From Lingula anatina (Eukaryota > Animalia > Brachiopoda), in assembly GCA_051362555.1 (NCBI GenBank), contig CM120643.1, forward strand, positions 9,920,001-9,984,000: a stretch of 64,000 nucleotides of DNA, read 5' to 3'. How positions within the stretch are numbered: the stretch's first letter is position 1; every line of letters begins with the position of its first letter. A program made the translations under genes and the position numbers. Positions 63,604-64,000 of the stretch are shown here, piece after piece. Under the pieces are notes generated by a model. That model did not search any database. It saw only the letters and a list, made by a program, of their open reading frames with translations, and had not been told where the DNA came from.

Positions 63604-64000
63604 AAACTCTTTATTTTGTACACAGTAGTCAACATCTGACATGCCAATGTTGAATTAGTGTTCTTGTTATTTATTGCCTGGAAAACACTCCTCAAAAAGA
63701 ATTAATTTCAGTGGTTATTGATGATTTTTTTAATGACGGTATTCATACAATATATTTATTGTATGCCAGGATTGAGAGAACTCATAGAAACAAATTATTT
63801 GCCTTCATAAATTTTTAAAATCTCCTCATTTTTTAGAGCCTTGCAACTAATGCCTGAAAATTTCATAACATTGTTAGTTGGTGTGCAAATGCCAGTTTCC
63901 TTTTCTCAGCCTCTAGCTGATCTTTTCTTGCATTCTGTTAAGAATCTGTATGTTTGCAAGCTTTACTGCCTTTTTTGGGCCTTAAGTTGCCCAGAAAAAT

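Overview
AT-rich, intron-containing, repeat-rich animal genomic DNA; the repeat types suggest a mollusc-like invertebrate (inference). Two spliced genes can be reconstructed by hand on the minus strand with GT-AG junctions and consistent phases. (1) A Gfo/Idh/MocA-family, myo-inositol 2-dehydrogenase-like gene with 6 exons from the ATG at 8900 down to 127, whose 3' end lies outside the window. (2) A complete 16-exon, 734-aa PARP2-like gene (32424-16475) with the architecture WWE-WWE-WGR-regulatory-catalytic and an intact H-Y-E triad. A compact, probably bidirectional promoter (E2F, CRE, ETS-like motifs) at about 32520-32625 appears to drive a plus-strand transcript, but no confident CDS was found in the right-hand 31 kb. 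The rest is non-autonomous DNA elements (several MITE families with TWA, CWG, TTAA and 5-bp TSDs), satellites and microsatellites. Notable items: a 3.7-kb Helentron-type element with internal 160-bp arrays nested inside a MITE, two Penelope-type minimal hammerhead motifs, a U2 snRNA fragment inside a 60-bp satellite, and two local copies of exon ends. All coordinates were counted by eye, and repeat boundaries are approximate unless a TSD is quoted.
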